Source of the DNA: Ginglymostoma cirratum
Lineage: Eukaryota
NCBI GenBank assembly: GCA_024137785.1
Contig: JAHRHZ010000211.1
Location: 538,012 to 602,011, forward strand
Reading direction: 5' to 3'
DNA length: 64,000 nt
A program made the translations under genes and the position numbers. The stretch's first letter is position 1; each line of letters opens with the position of its first letter. A model generated the notes under the pieces. The model made no database searches and had not been told where the DNA came from. It saw nothing but the letters and a program-made list of their open reading frames with translations. This document shows positions 41,403-53,842 of this stretch, piece after piece.

Positions 41403-41483
41403 CATTGTGTGGCATGCGTGGTTGAGAGGCTGAGGCAGTGTGACGCAAGAGGAAGGGTATCACTGCTGATTGTGATGCCTGAC
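41403..41483 (-). CDS. Candidate extra (cassette) smad10 exon, 81 nt: (C)QASQSAVIPFLLRHTASASQPRMPHN(G)
   Basis: ccctcag|...ATG|gtgagt; phase 1-1, open in the smad10 frame, in non-repeat sequence. Weak polypyrimidine tract and no recognised homology. Confidence 0.35.
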
Positions 41484-42279
41484 CTGAGGGATCATATGAC
41501 TGTTCAGTGTGTGCATTAGAAGGCTTTGCAAAGCAATATACATTAAAGGTGAAAATTTATGGCCAAATAATTCAGATGGAGTAAAAGTTAGTTTCTCAAT
41601 ACTCCCTGCCTTCCTACAGGCAAAGTGCCCACCCTCAATACGATCACTAAGATTTACAAGATTCGGAATTACAAGGACTAAGCATACGAGGGTAATTTTC
41701 TGGATTTCTCTCAACCCTGTAATAATAGTAACTGTGGTGCTGTGGCAATCTTCCTAACTCTGGGTTGGAGGGCTGGGTTCAAGTTCCACCTACGCTGGAG
41801 GTGTGTCATCACAGACTAAACCACTCTGCCTCAGTATTTTCAAACATCCGTTCGCACATGTCATGCCACACCTCTAGAGCAAGTATGACTCGAACCTAAC
41901 CTTCCTGGCCCAGAAGCAGAGATAGTACTACTGTGCCACAAAAGCCCCCCAAAATCTCCCTGCCTCAAAAGGAAAACACCAAACCAATTCACCTCTAGGC
42001 TACTGAGCCAGGGCTGACATTGAAGTAATGACCAAGTCAGTTTCTTTAGGCAGCCCAAAAATATAACACATTAGTGCACACAAATGAGCTGGTATCAAGA
42101 GAGCAAAACAGTTGATTCATCAAAGGGAAACATCTAGGTGAAATAGTCTGGAATCAAAGATAGACTTGTAAATAATAGTAAGCCAAAAGAAAATAGCGTG
42201 GATGTTGCAAATCTGAAATAAAAACATCAGCCTGCTGAAAGATCACTTGACCTGAAACATTAAGCCTCCAGATAATAGT

Positions 42280-44720
42280 CAGAGTCACATAACATGTAAC
42301 AGACCCTTTGGCCCAACTAATCCACTCTGCCCAGGTTTTCTAAACTGAACTGAACGCTTTAGCCTGTGTTTGGCCCATATCCTTCTAAATCTTTCCTATC
42401 AGTGTCCCTGTCCAAATGATCTTTTACATGTTGTAACTGTACCCACTTCTACCAATTCCTCTGGCAGCTTGTTCCATATATGCACTAACTTCTCTGAAAA
42501 AGTTACTCCTCAGGTCCCTTTTAAATCTTTCCCCTCTCACCTTAAACCTACGCCCTCTAATTTTGGACTTCCTACCCTGGGGAAAAGACCGTGGCTATTC
42601 ACTTTATCTATGCCCCTCATGATTTTAAACCTCTATTAAAAGGTCACCCCTCAGCCCCTTCTGCTCCAGGGAAGACAGTGTCAACCTATCCAGCCTCTAT
42701 TTACAACTTTTCAGTCTCGGTAACATCTATGAAACCCTTTTTTGCACCCTTTCCAGGTTAATAACTTCCTTCCCAAAGCAGGGCAACCAAAATCGTACAC
42801 AGTGCTCCAAATGGGGGCTCAATGTCTTGTACAGCTATAACATGGTGCCCCAAATTCTGTACACAATGCACTGTAAGAGTGCCAAATGCCTTCTTCACCA
42901 CTCTATCAACCGTGATGCTACTTTCAAGGAACAATGTATCGACACCCCCAGGTCTCTGTTCAACTCCCCAGGGCTCCACCATGAACTGTGCAAGTCCTGC
43001 CCTAGTCTGTCCTAACAAAAAGCAATACCTCACATCTATCTGTATTAAACTCCATCTGCCATTCCTCAGCCACCTCGATCAAGATCCTGTTTCAGTCTTA
43101 GACAGCTTTCTTCACCGTCCCCTAGTATCACCAATTTTGGTGCCTTGGTGTCATCTGCAAACTTACTAACCATACCTCCTATATTCTGATCCAAATCATT
43201 TATGTAAAATGATGAGCATCAGCAGACCCAACACTGATTCTTGCTGCACTCTGCTGGTCACAGGCCTCCCAGTCTGAACAACACCCCTCTACTGCCACCC
43301 TCTGTCTCCTACCATTAAGACAATTGCAGTATCCAGTTAGCTAGTTCTCCCTGGATCCCACGCGATGTAACCTTACTAGTCAGTCTACCATACAGAATCT
43401 GATCAAAGGTCTTGATAAGATCCATGTAGTCAATGTCTACCGCCCTGCCTTCATCTATCTTCTTTGTCACCACTTCAAAAAGAAACTCAACCAAATTTGA
43501 GACACAATTTCCCATGCACAAGAAATACTGACTATCCCTGATCAGTCCTTGATTTTCCAAACACATGTAGATCCTGTCTAAGAATCCCAACATCTTACCC
43601 ACCGCTGATATTAAGGTCACTGGTCTGTGGTTCCCTGGCTTTTCCTTACAGCCGGTCTTAAATAATGGCACAACATTAGTCACCCTCCAGTCTTCCAGCA
43701 AATCACCTGTGGCTGTCGATGACACTAATATCTCTGCTCAGGACCCCGCAATTTCTTCGCTAGCTTCCCAGTATGTGTTTTAAGACTTCCAGCACCACCT
43801 CTTCTGAAATTGGGACTCTTTTTCCGAGTTCCTTAGCCTCCATGTCTTTCGCTATGGCAAATACTGATGAGAAATATTCGTTGGGGATCTCCTGTGGCTC
43901 CACACAGACAATCTTGTTGGTCGTTAAGGGCCTCGTTTCTCTCCCTTGTTACTATTTTGACCTTAATATACTTGCAGAATCTCTTTGGATTTGCTCCTTT
44001 TTTGCCCGCCTGATTTCCCTCTTAAGTGTGCTCCTCCACTCACCATACTCCTCAACGGATTCACTTGATCCTAGCTACCTATACATGATACATGCCTCCT
44101 CCTTCTTCTTGACCAGGGCCTCAATATGTCTAGTCATCCAGTGTTCCCTACTCCTACCAGCCTCGCCCTTTTCACTAACAGGAAAATGCTGGCCCTAAAC
44201 TCATTATCTTGCATTTGAAAGCCTCCCACTTGCCAGATGTCCCTTTATCTGTGAACCGCTTCCCCCAAACAACTTTTGAAAGTCCCTGTCTAATATCGTC
44301 AAAATTGGCATTGCTCCAATTTAGAACTTTAACTTGCGGACCAGGCCTATCCATTTCCCTAAGTATTTTAAAACAAAAAGAATTATGGTCACTGGTCCAA
44401 AAACAGCTCCTTCACTAACACCTCAGTCACTTGCCCTGCCTTATTTCCCAAGAGGATCTTGAGTTTTGCCCCTTCTACATATTGATTGAGAAAGTTTTCT
44501 TGAACACACTAGACAAATTCTTCCCCATTTAAGCCCTTATTGCCATGGCAGTCTCACTCTATGCTTGGAACGTTAAAATCCCCTACAATTACAATCTTGC
44601 AGCTAGCTCTGATCTCCCTACCTATTTGCGCCTCAATTTTTCGCTGACTATTGTGATTGTACTATAGCCCTCCCAAAGTGAACGCCCCCTTTCTTATTTC
44701 TCAGTTCCACTGGATGAATC
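42280..44720 (-). mobile_element. Long decayed HER1/CR1 LINE
   Basis: DWRVTNVVPLFKTG.KEKPGNHRPV and YMDLIKTFD RT motifs; 3' tail near 42285. Confidence 0.88.
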
Positions 44721-45007
44721 CTTAAAAATAATCTGCAGAGTTTTACCAGCAATTCAATAGTTCCACTTGTTAGAATAGAACCATGTGCAGCTAGAGTAGA
44801 TAAAAGATAGTCTACTGTAAGGAAACCAAGTCACTGATAAGTCCTTATACGGAGTGCCATTTCTATAATGAGGCAACGCAGAATGGGTGGGAGGGACTGA
44901 CTACTTGAAAGGTGTGTTTGTAATGAACGGTTGAATTTGAAACGTTCAGTGAGATGGAGTTTGAGCTAAGTGCCTCAGATGTGACACAGACAGCAGGATG
45001 TACTCAC

Positions 45008-45121
45008 AGTAATGGCTGGCATGGTGCACTGCTGGTTGATGGTGCCCGTGCCCATTTTGCTGGGGCACCATGTTTGGTGCGTAAGCAGCTGTGCTGCTGC
45101 CTGTCCAAGTTGCTGTCGTAT
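45008..45121 (-). CDS. smad10: smad10 linker exon (114 nt): (N)TTATWTGSSTAAYAPNMVPQQNGHGHHQPAVHHASHY
   Basis: ccatag| acceptor, T|gtgagt donor. WTGS motif at the start of the Smad4 activation domain. Confidence 0.92.
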
Positions 45122-45269
45122 CTATGGAATGAAAACATAGCTTTAAAACTGTTGCAACTGAATTAAACATAACCAGAATTACACCTTTCCATGAATTATT
45201 TCAGTAAAACAATGACAGAACACTTCATGAAGTTTCTTCCATAGGATGTGGGTGTTTCTGTCAAGGGCC

Positions 45270-46054
45270 TGTTAGGTTCGTTTTCGGAGACCCTCACGGA
45301 CTTGATGCAATAACAAGACACTGACCCGTTTAGAAAAACGCAAATCCTTTATTACAAAGCAAGGACAAGCTGTGGAGGATCACTGTACTCAACCCGGCAC
45401 AGAGTGCAGAGTCTCGTAAGCGGTTCTCCCCGAGCAGCGGACAGTCCCCGCTTTTTATACCTTATCGAGTGCATAATACATAAAGCAGTTTTATATCTCA
45501 CAATGGCACGTCACATGAAACAATCACTACATCGGACAATGACATGATAACACAAACAATTACCACATCGAAAACATAAAGAAAGCAGGATACTGTATCG
45601 ATTGTTCGCAAAGTGACTGCTAACGGCAGGAGGCGATTTCAAGTTGCCGAAGTGACAGAACGTAATTTCAAGCTTCAAGTGTCTGGCTTGAACAAAGGTC
45701 AGTGCCCTGGCCCTTTTAGCAGAAACAGAAGTTACATTCTTTACAGGATTTCAGAAGTCTCACACCTTTTACAAACGTTGCCACCTAATCTTATTTGAGA
45801 CAGCTTCCACATACCCCTGTGTAGGAAAATAAAGATTTACAAAGTTTATACCTAATTCTATTCAGACAGGAAGCTTAAGGCAGTGTCTTTTCTACTTATG
45901 TATAGGAAGATAAGGACTTACAAAGTTTTACACCTAATTCTAGTTGGGCAGCAAGTTTTAAGGCAGTGCCTGCATACCTCTGCGTAAGCAGATAAAGAGC
46001 ATTAATTTATAGAGAATATAGAAATCAATGGGATGTTATCCCAATAACATCTCA
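45270..46054 (-). mobile_element. Solo LTR (785 bp), ERV- or Gypsy-type
   Basis: TG...CA ends; GGCC TSD at 45266-45269 and 46055-46058; minus-strand TATAAAA (45453-45459) then AATAAA (45348-45353); imperfect tandem repeats about 45775-45990; splits an L2/SINE-type tail. Confidence 0.82.
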
Positions 46055-46883
46055 GGCCAACATTTGTTGCTGAGCCCTAATTGTCCCTGAAGTGGTGAGC
46101 TGTCTTCCCAAACTGGTGTAGATGCTATTAGGAAGGCAGTTCCAGAATTTTAATCCAGCAACAGTGTTAAATGAAGAAACACAAAGTTCCAAGTCGGAAG
46201 GTGTTTAGTTTGGAGGGGAACTTGCAGATTATTGCTTCCATGCATTGCCTGCCCTTGTGCCTCCAAGTAGCAACAGTTGCAGTTCGGAAACTGACAAACG
46301 GAGCCTTGGTGGGCTGCTCCAGTGCATCTTGCACGTAATTTGAACTGCTTTCACTGCGCTGGTAGTGGATACAGTGCACGTTTACATTGGTGACTGGGGT
46401 AGTGCTCAAGCTATCGAGCAATTGTGTTATACATTCAGCTTCAGTCAAGATTTCTGCAAAACTGCTGGCAATAGTCAGAAGATCAGGGAACATGAGAGGA
46501 CAGGAACAGAACTAACACGCCAGATCATTGTCCATTAGACAGAACTGACAAGGGCATTCGACATAAAATGCTAACTGCTTCTCTTTTCACTGACGTGCCC
46601 TGAGCTGCTGCATATTTCCAACATTTTCTGTTTTTACTTGAAACAGAAGACCTAGACAAAACACGACACACTGTAGCTGTCACATGTTGCCAGTGGTTTT
46701 AAAACGTTCAAACAACTTTACATGATCGCAAACATGAGCAAATCTGCTTCTGAAAGAATTGGATCATAATTAATAAATGGTCACATCTGTAAATTCCAAC
46801 ATTCGATACAGTTCAAAAATGAGAGAAATAATCTCGCCAACTATTTTTCATTCGCAAGAGCCTTTGAAGGGACGGGTACTTAC

Positions 46884-47042
46884 TCTGATAAGGCTGTTTT
46901 GCTGGTGGATATCCATTTTGCTGAGATGGATTGGGGGGGGCAGGGGGAGGTGGAGTTGGGGGAGGTGCCATCTGTTGCAGTGATGGGGCAATCTGTAATA
47001 AACCCTCGCTGGGATTCATAGGAATGAGAGAATTGTTGGCAG
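46884..47042 (-). CDS. smad10: smad10 linker exon (159 nt): (S)ANNSLIPMNPSEGLLQIAPSLQQMAPPPTPPPPAPPNPSQQNGYPPAKQPYQ
   Basis: Long polypyrimidine tract plus cag|, A|gtaagt donor. EGLLQIA and QQNG motifs of the Smad4 linker. Confidence 0.92.
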
Positions 47043-47367
47043 CTGAGACAGAGAGAAAAACAAAAAGTGAGTTACTTACATTTGTATTTCATTTTTAAAT
47101 ATTCAAGTAATTCTTCAATCAAGATATTTGAAATGCATTACTCCTTTCCCAAATAAGGAACTAGTGGGCACGCGAGGTGACATTTTGGAACAAGAAAAGA
47201 AATGGCTAGAGAAACTCAGCAGTTCCGCAACATCTGTGGAGAGAAAACAGAATTAATGTTTTGAGTCCAGTGACCCTTATTCAGTTCTCCAGCAATTTGA
47301 CTTTGTTTCTGATTCCCAGCATCTGCAGCTCTTTTTGTTTTATTTTTCAGATATTCTGTGGTTTGTC

Positions 47368-47721
47368 TTCTTCATTCATTCAAGGGATGAGGGTGTCACT
47401 GGCTAGGCAGCATTTATTGCCCATCCCTAATTGCCCAGAGGGAAGTTCAGAGTCAATCACATTGCTGTGGGGTTGGAGTCACATGTAGGCCAGACCAGGT
47501 TAGGACGGCAGTTTCCTTCCCTAAAGGGCATTAGTGATCCAGATGGGTTTTCCAACAATCAGTAATGGATTTACGGTCATTGTTAGACTCTTACTTCCAG
47601 ATATTTACCAAATTCAAATTCTACCATCTGCCTTGGTAGGATTCGAACCCAGATCCCCAGAACATTATCTGGGTCTCTGGATTAACAGTCCAGCGATAAT
47701 ACCACTAGGCCATCGCCTCCT
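47368..47721 (-). mobile_element. tRNA-headed SINE (SacSINE1/DeuSINE-like)
   Basis: Close copy of 4665-5024 with intact gggttcgaatcc B-box. Confidence 0.8.
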
Positions 47722-47749
47722 CAACGTTAGAAGGCACAAGTAGCATCTC

Positions 47750-49570
47750 AGAAATACTTGTAACTCAAGAGGTGAAAGGTACAGAGAAACTTAAAACAAT
47801 TAGTCACTGGGGGAAAAAAATACTGAGAAAATAATGAGAACTAAAGTTTGATATGTCTCCATACATGTTGGCCTGCATGCCAGGGTCCTAGAAGTAGCTG
47901 CTGAGATAGCAGATGCTTCGGTTGAAATTTTCCAAAATTCCTTTACTCTGAAAAAGTCTCAACCGTTTGGAAAATATCATGCATAACTCCTGTATTCAAA
48001 AAAAGGAGGGAGACAGAAGAGAGGAAACAATGAGCCAGTTAGCTGGCATCTGTAACCAGGAAAATGCAGCAGCAGGACAATTAGAAACTCTTGCTGCAAT
48101 TGAAATCAGCACACTTTTGTGCAAGGGAAATCATCCTTCACTAATTTAGTGCAGTTATTTGACGAAGTAACAAAGAAAGTAGACGTGGTGTACTTGGATT
48201 TCCAAAAGGCAATTGATAAGGTGTCACATCGTACATTACTCACCAAACAAGATTTTGAGGTGGTAAGCAGTCACATATTAGCATATATCAAGAATTGATT
48301 AACTGAAAGCAGGTATTAGGGATAAGTGGGTCATTTTTATCTTGGCAAGTAGAGAAATAAAGAAACTGCTGCTGGGATCAACTATTTATAATTGATATCA
48401 ATGACTTGAATGAACACACCAAATTGAAGACTGATACATTTGCTGATACTTTCCCACCTATTGCGATGTTAAGTTGTGAAGAGAACTTACAGTCTACAAA
48501 CTGAGTGAGCGGGCAAAATAACTGGCAGATGGAGTATAACGTGGAGAAATGTGAACGCTTCGGCAGGAAGAATAGAAAAGCAGCATATTATTAAAATGTA
48601 GAGACACTACAGAACAGTGAGATAGAGATAACTGGGTGCCTTGGAGCATGACTCACTTAAAAATAGTTAGCATGCAGGGACAGCAAGTGATTAGAAAAAC
48701 ATGGAGGAAACATAAAAGTAAAATTTTGCTGCAACTGTGCAGACATGAGACACTGGATCTGGAGGACTGTATACAGCTTTAATATCCTTACTTGAGAAAG
48801 AACAGGGTTGTATTCTAAGCAGCTCAGAGAAGGATCGTTCAACTGACTGCAGGGATAAGTGGATTCTTATAAGGAAAGGTTGGACCAGTTTGGTGTGTAT
48901 TCAGAATTTAGAAAAACGAGAGCTGATCCTATTGTAAAGTTCACAATCCTGAGGGGACATGACAGGCTAGGTGCTGAGAGGCAAGTTCTCCTTATGGAAG
49001 GCATTAGAACCAGAGGACAGAATTTTAAAATATGGGTCTCCCATTTGGGATGGAAATAAGGAGATTTTGTTTTCCTTGGAAGGTCGTTCGCCAATGGAAC
49101 TCTCTTTCCCACACAACAGTGGGGGCAAGGAGATAGTTTCTTAATTGACGAGGGAGTCAAAGGTTTTAGGGCAGACAAAAAAGTAGAGTTAAGGCCACGA
49201 CTTTATCAAATGATAGCCAGTGTTGCGAGGGATTGAAGGGTTTTCCTCTGCTATTGTTTGTTCATACATGAATCGACTCGAGGAGAAGTGAAGGAACATG
49301 TTTCCCCTGGCTTGGAGGTGCAAAAACAGGGGGCAATCGCAGAACCAACAGACAGGTGATTTAGATAAGGAGAAATTTCCTCACTGTCTGAAGGGATTCT
49401 TTGCCCAAGTGGACTGCAGATGTCCAGCTCTAGCGTATGTTCAACATTGAAATTGCTCAATTTCTGGACGTTAAAAACAAGGGATACTGCACGAAAATAG
49501 TGCTGATGTAGATAATCTCACTGAATAACAGACTGGCCTTATTGGATCTATTTCTTATGTTCTGTGACTC
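47750..49570 (+). mobile_element. Decayed CR1 LINE fragments
   Basis: tacttggatttccaaaaggca (YLDFQKA), tttgctgat and two 3' tails. Confidence 0.75.
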
Positions 49571-49689
49571 TAAAGACTCCATGTATTTTTTGCAATATAA
49601 ACTGGGATTTATGGAAGTTTGGACACTGCTGGATTGCACAGAATGTATCAAGTTTTTTTTTTAAAAATCACAACTTGCAAATCAAAGGT

Positions 49690-50430
49690 GGAACTATGTA
49701 GTGTTCATTTATCGGTTACACCAGGTCATGCCACTTTTGGTAAAGCTTGATTTAATACTTCTGTGTGGGGAAAACGATTCAAGATACAAGGTGTCTTTGG
49801 TTTGAAAAGCTGCCTAGCAACAGGTCTCGAATTCAAGTCACAATTTGTCACAGACCTGAGAGAACGTTGAAAACTTGGGAAACCCAAAAGAAGACTGTTC
49901 TCTCTTTTTCTCACCCTCGGAAGTAAATAAACACTCAAAGACTTCAAAACGAAGGACTTCTAACTCAAGTAAAGCTATTGATCCAACTGACCAGCTAATC
50001 AATTGTGGGCTGTCTATCTGTGTATAGTTGATAAGGAATAATGAAAAAGCCACCTCGTTCCACCCCTGTGGTTTAGATTTTCGAGTTGTTCATTTTTACA
50101 TCCTTTTCACCACAGTATTTCTACAGAACTGTTTGTTGCAATTGTGAGATTGCGTGTTTGGTTTTAGAGGGGATACAGTTCAAGTTTGCATCATAGTAGG
50201 TAATAATCTGCTTCATTGCTCGTTAAAAGACAAGCTTATTTATAGCGAGAACTTTTTTTTCTTTTATTAAAAAAACCTGGAGTGACTTTCTTTTGCCCCA
50301 GACAGCAGTCAAGGTCAGGCAACTCAAACATCTCAGGTGATTCAGTTAGTCATTTATACATTGGTGACTGCTCATGGGATAACGGCGCTTGACTACCAGC
50401 GCACTCTTCCCATCAGGATCGAGACATAGA
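49690..50430 (+). mobile_element. Possible degenerate solo LTR (a similar candidate at about 31700-32340)
   Basis: Only general LTR-like composition; no clean TSD found. Confidence 0.3.
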
Positions 50431-50978
50431 AAGCAGAGACACACAGGCAGCAGACAAGCATACGCAGCACATAAGAGGGAGTCGGAGACAAAGTTCCACT
50501 TTCAGTATACCACTCCAAAACACAGCAAGCAGTTTAAGACATGCTTTCTATTTCTGGAAGGCAGTAAGGAAATATACCTGAATAAGATGCTCAGAAGAGG
50601 AGTTGGGCTGAATATTAATAGTGCTTAATTAGTCCTATTTATATGAATTATAATGGCAGAAGAATGGTACAGAATCTGACTAATTGTAAACCAGTAGAAG
50701 TAAGCTGTCACAAAGTTCTCTACAATAATCAGCAGTAAGCAGTATATTCTCCATATCCTCAGTTGGCTCTGCCCTCTTAGTCACACTCAGCAGCTCTCTG
50801 TGGAGGTTCTCAACAGCTACAATCCTGCGGTACCTCATATCATGTTAACATAGCAGCTTGACAAAATCTTTAAAGCATTTCTGCTGATTTTTGCCCCATA
50901 ACATTTAATCCATTAGCACTTGAACAAAATTATTCAGGAATTATCGTATAAGAGTAGCCAGTAAAACAATGTACTCAC

Positions 50979-51212
50979 AAGGAGGTGACATTGGAACGTT
51001 GGGAAAGCTGTGCACAGTGGCTCTGGATGTCTCTGGTAAGGAAAGTACCGGAGCTGGGAGGGGCTGTACGTAGGTTTCAGAAGACGGTCGCGCGTTAGTC
51101 GAGTGTTTGACTGGCTGAAGCCTATGTTCCTCAGCGTGCGGCATGACTTGTGGTCTATCAAGTTGCACACACTCATGCACAAATTCATCCTTCACCAAAC
51201 GAGTAGGAGGAG
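50979..51212 (-). CDS. smad10: smad10 linker exon (234 nt): (A)PPTRLVKDEFVHECVQLD...FPNVPMSPP
   Basis: gtgttag| acceptor, T|gtgagt donor. VKDE(F/Y)VHE motif of co-Smads; inside ORF 50941..51297. Confidence 0.9.
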
Positions 51213-52171
51213 CTAACACATAACCAAGCAAATAATTTAGATTACATTTAGATGACCAGACAGTTAAAAGCAGAAGGAAACAGTATCTAGGACTCAAGAC
51301 AGGTGTGAAAAATAGTTATGTCACAATTTAAACCATAATGGACTATGGTATCTTTGGGGGTTTTGCTATCACTTCATATTAATTGTTGCCAGCCTGTAAC
51401 TAGGTTGGGTACAAGCCATTCCCTACAAAAGCAGCTTCCAACTGTCAGTATTCAATGCATCATCCTCCATCATTTACTTGGTCTCCAGCATGAAACTTTC
51501 TTCCTCTCCTCTCCCCTCCCATTTAAGTATTACCCATTTGCCAAAAACAATTCTGGAAAGAAACAAATGTAATCGCATTATTTGAGATGAGGCGGAGGGG
51601 GGTGCGCGGAAGCACGACAGACCTAGTGGCTTAATATCTCTCAAAGGGAAAAACGTTAAAATTCTAGTATAAAGGATATGATAACTGAACATTTAGACAA
51701 AAAAAAGGCAGCATGGGGCACAGTCCGGGTGGATTTATAAAAGGGAAATCATGTTTGATAAACTCAAGATTTCTGAGAACATTGCTTGTAGCACAGACAA
51801 AGGTGAAACATGGTGTGGCGTATTGCATTTTCCAAAATTCAGAAAATGACAAATCACCAAGGAAGTAGGACTGTGTAAATTGTTGGAATTGCTGATTAAC
51901 AATTCCTTGGTCTTAAATGGACCTCATCCTTGGGTCTTGCAAAAAGAAGTTAGTGAGATAGTTGATTCATTAGTTTTAATTTTCCACAACTCCCTAGATT
52001 TAGGTCAAGTCCCATTAGATTAGAAGGTGTCAAGTATAATTCCTCGAGAACCCTGGAGAAAGAAAGCAGGAAATTACAATTACAAGTGAGTTAACTTAAA
52101 ATCTGTCTTAGAAGCTGTTATGCCAAAAGGAGGGCACTTTGAAAAAAAATCAAAACAATTGGGCAGAGTCA

Positions 52172-52657
52172 GAGATAAAGGTACTGCAGATGCTGGAGAA
52201 TCCGAGATAACAAGCATGGGGCTGGATGAACACAGCAGGTCAAGCAGCATCATAGGAGCAGGAAAACTTGACGCTTCAGGCCTAAACCCTTCATCAGAAA
52301 TGGGGGAGGGGAAGAGGGTTTCCTCTCACCCCAAGCCACACCCCCATCTCCTATCTACTAACATCATCCCGCCCCCTTGACCTGTCCGTCCTCCCTGGAC
52401 TGACCTATCTCCTCCCTACCCCCCTACCTACACTCACCTTTACTGGCTCCATCCCCGCCTCTTCGACTTGTCTGCCTCCTCTCCACCTATCCTCTCCTCT
52501 ATCCATCCTCTATCCGCCTCCCCCTCTCCCTATTTATTTCAGAACCCTCTTCCCCTCCCCCATTTCTGATGAAGGGTTTAGGCCCGAAACGTCAAGTTTT
52601 CCTGCTCCTATGCTGCTGCTTGACCTGCTGTGTTCATCCAGCCCCATGCTTGTTATC
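52172..52657. mobile_element. Penelope-derived fold-back insertion (inverted pLTR)
   Basis: About 116-bp inverted arms 52205-52320 / 52543-52658; body is the reverse complement of about 1550-1875; tgggcagagtca at 52160-52171 and 52658-52669. Confidence 0.88.
52566..52593 (+). ncRNA. Minimal hammerhead ribozyme motif
   Basis: CTGATGA-a-gggt-ttag-gccc-GAAAC-GTC, core intact. Confidence 0.65.
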
Positions 52658-53628
52658 TGGGCAGAGTCAATATGTTTTTGTGAACAGGAAATCATGTTTA
52701 AGCAATCTACTGGAATCTTTGAGGATAAAAGGGAAAATCAGTGATTATTTTGTACTTTGGTTTCCAGAAGGCATTTAATAAAGGCTTTTGTGGAAAAGAA
52801 AAGCTCATGGTTTAGGAGGTTAACATACTGGCAAGGATAGAAGACTGGCTGGCTAACAGAAACCAGAGAGAATGGCAAGATGTAATGACTGGCCACAGTG
52901 AACACTGTTGGGACCTCAATGGTTTACTATATGTGACTTGGATGAAGGTGATCTCCCGCTGTACTGTGGGCTTTGCCTCCAGTACAGTATCTGTGCCTGT
53001 TGCAGCAATGTTGATGTTAGCTCCCATGTCACAAGATGTGGTAACATGGTACTTCGATACATATATTACTGTCACTGGCACTTCGTGTTCGGGCTAATAC
53101 TAACAAAAACCAACAACAGCACGCTTCCATCAGTGTGCCAAGCCCTATTTAAGATACAGCAAATGTTTTCATACCTTCAGGTCATACGCTTTGATATGAT
53201 AATGCCATCATAAGCGTGTCTCTTAAAAAGGTATACTTCAAACTAGCTGAGGCATAACAAAACAGACCAAAAGGTACGGCTTGCAAATCTAATGATGACA
53301 AAGACAGGAAGAAAGTAAAGCACGAAGAGGACAAAAGAATGCTATAAAGAGACATATAGAGAGATAAATAGGCAGACAGGTTAACTGAGTGGGCAAATAT
53401 CTGCCAAATGGAGTATAATGTGAAAAATTTGAAATTGTATTCTTACTTCCAAATTGAACAAAAAAAAATTACATCTAAATGGTTAGAAATTGCAGAGCTC
53501 TGGGTGTCCTTGTGTGAGAATCACAGAAGTTGAAGATGCAGGTACAGCAAGTAATTAGGACAGCTAAAAGAATGTTATCACTTATTGTGTGGGGAACTGA
53601 ATACAAAACTATGGAGATTGTTCTTCAG

Positions 53629-53842
53629 AGATAGGAGGAACTGCCGATGCTGGAGAATCTGAGATAACAAGGCGTAAAACTGGATGATCACAGCGGGCCA
53701 AGCAGCAGAGGAGCAGGAAAGCTGACGTTTTGGGTCTGGACTCTTCTTCAGAAGTGGGGGAGGGAAGGGGATTCTGAAATAACCTTTATCTGCCTCCCCC
53801 CCTCTCTCTTTATTTCAGAATCCCCTTCCCCTCCCTCATTTC
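53629..53842. mobile_element. Penelope-derived insertion with short inverted end
   Basis: Same pLTR family; tggagatt(g/t)ttcttcag at 53612-53628 and 53843-53859. Confidence 0.8.
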
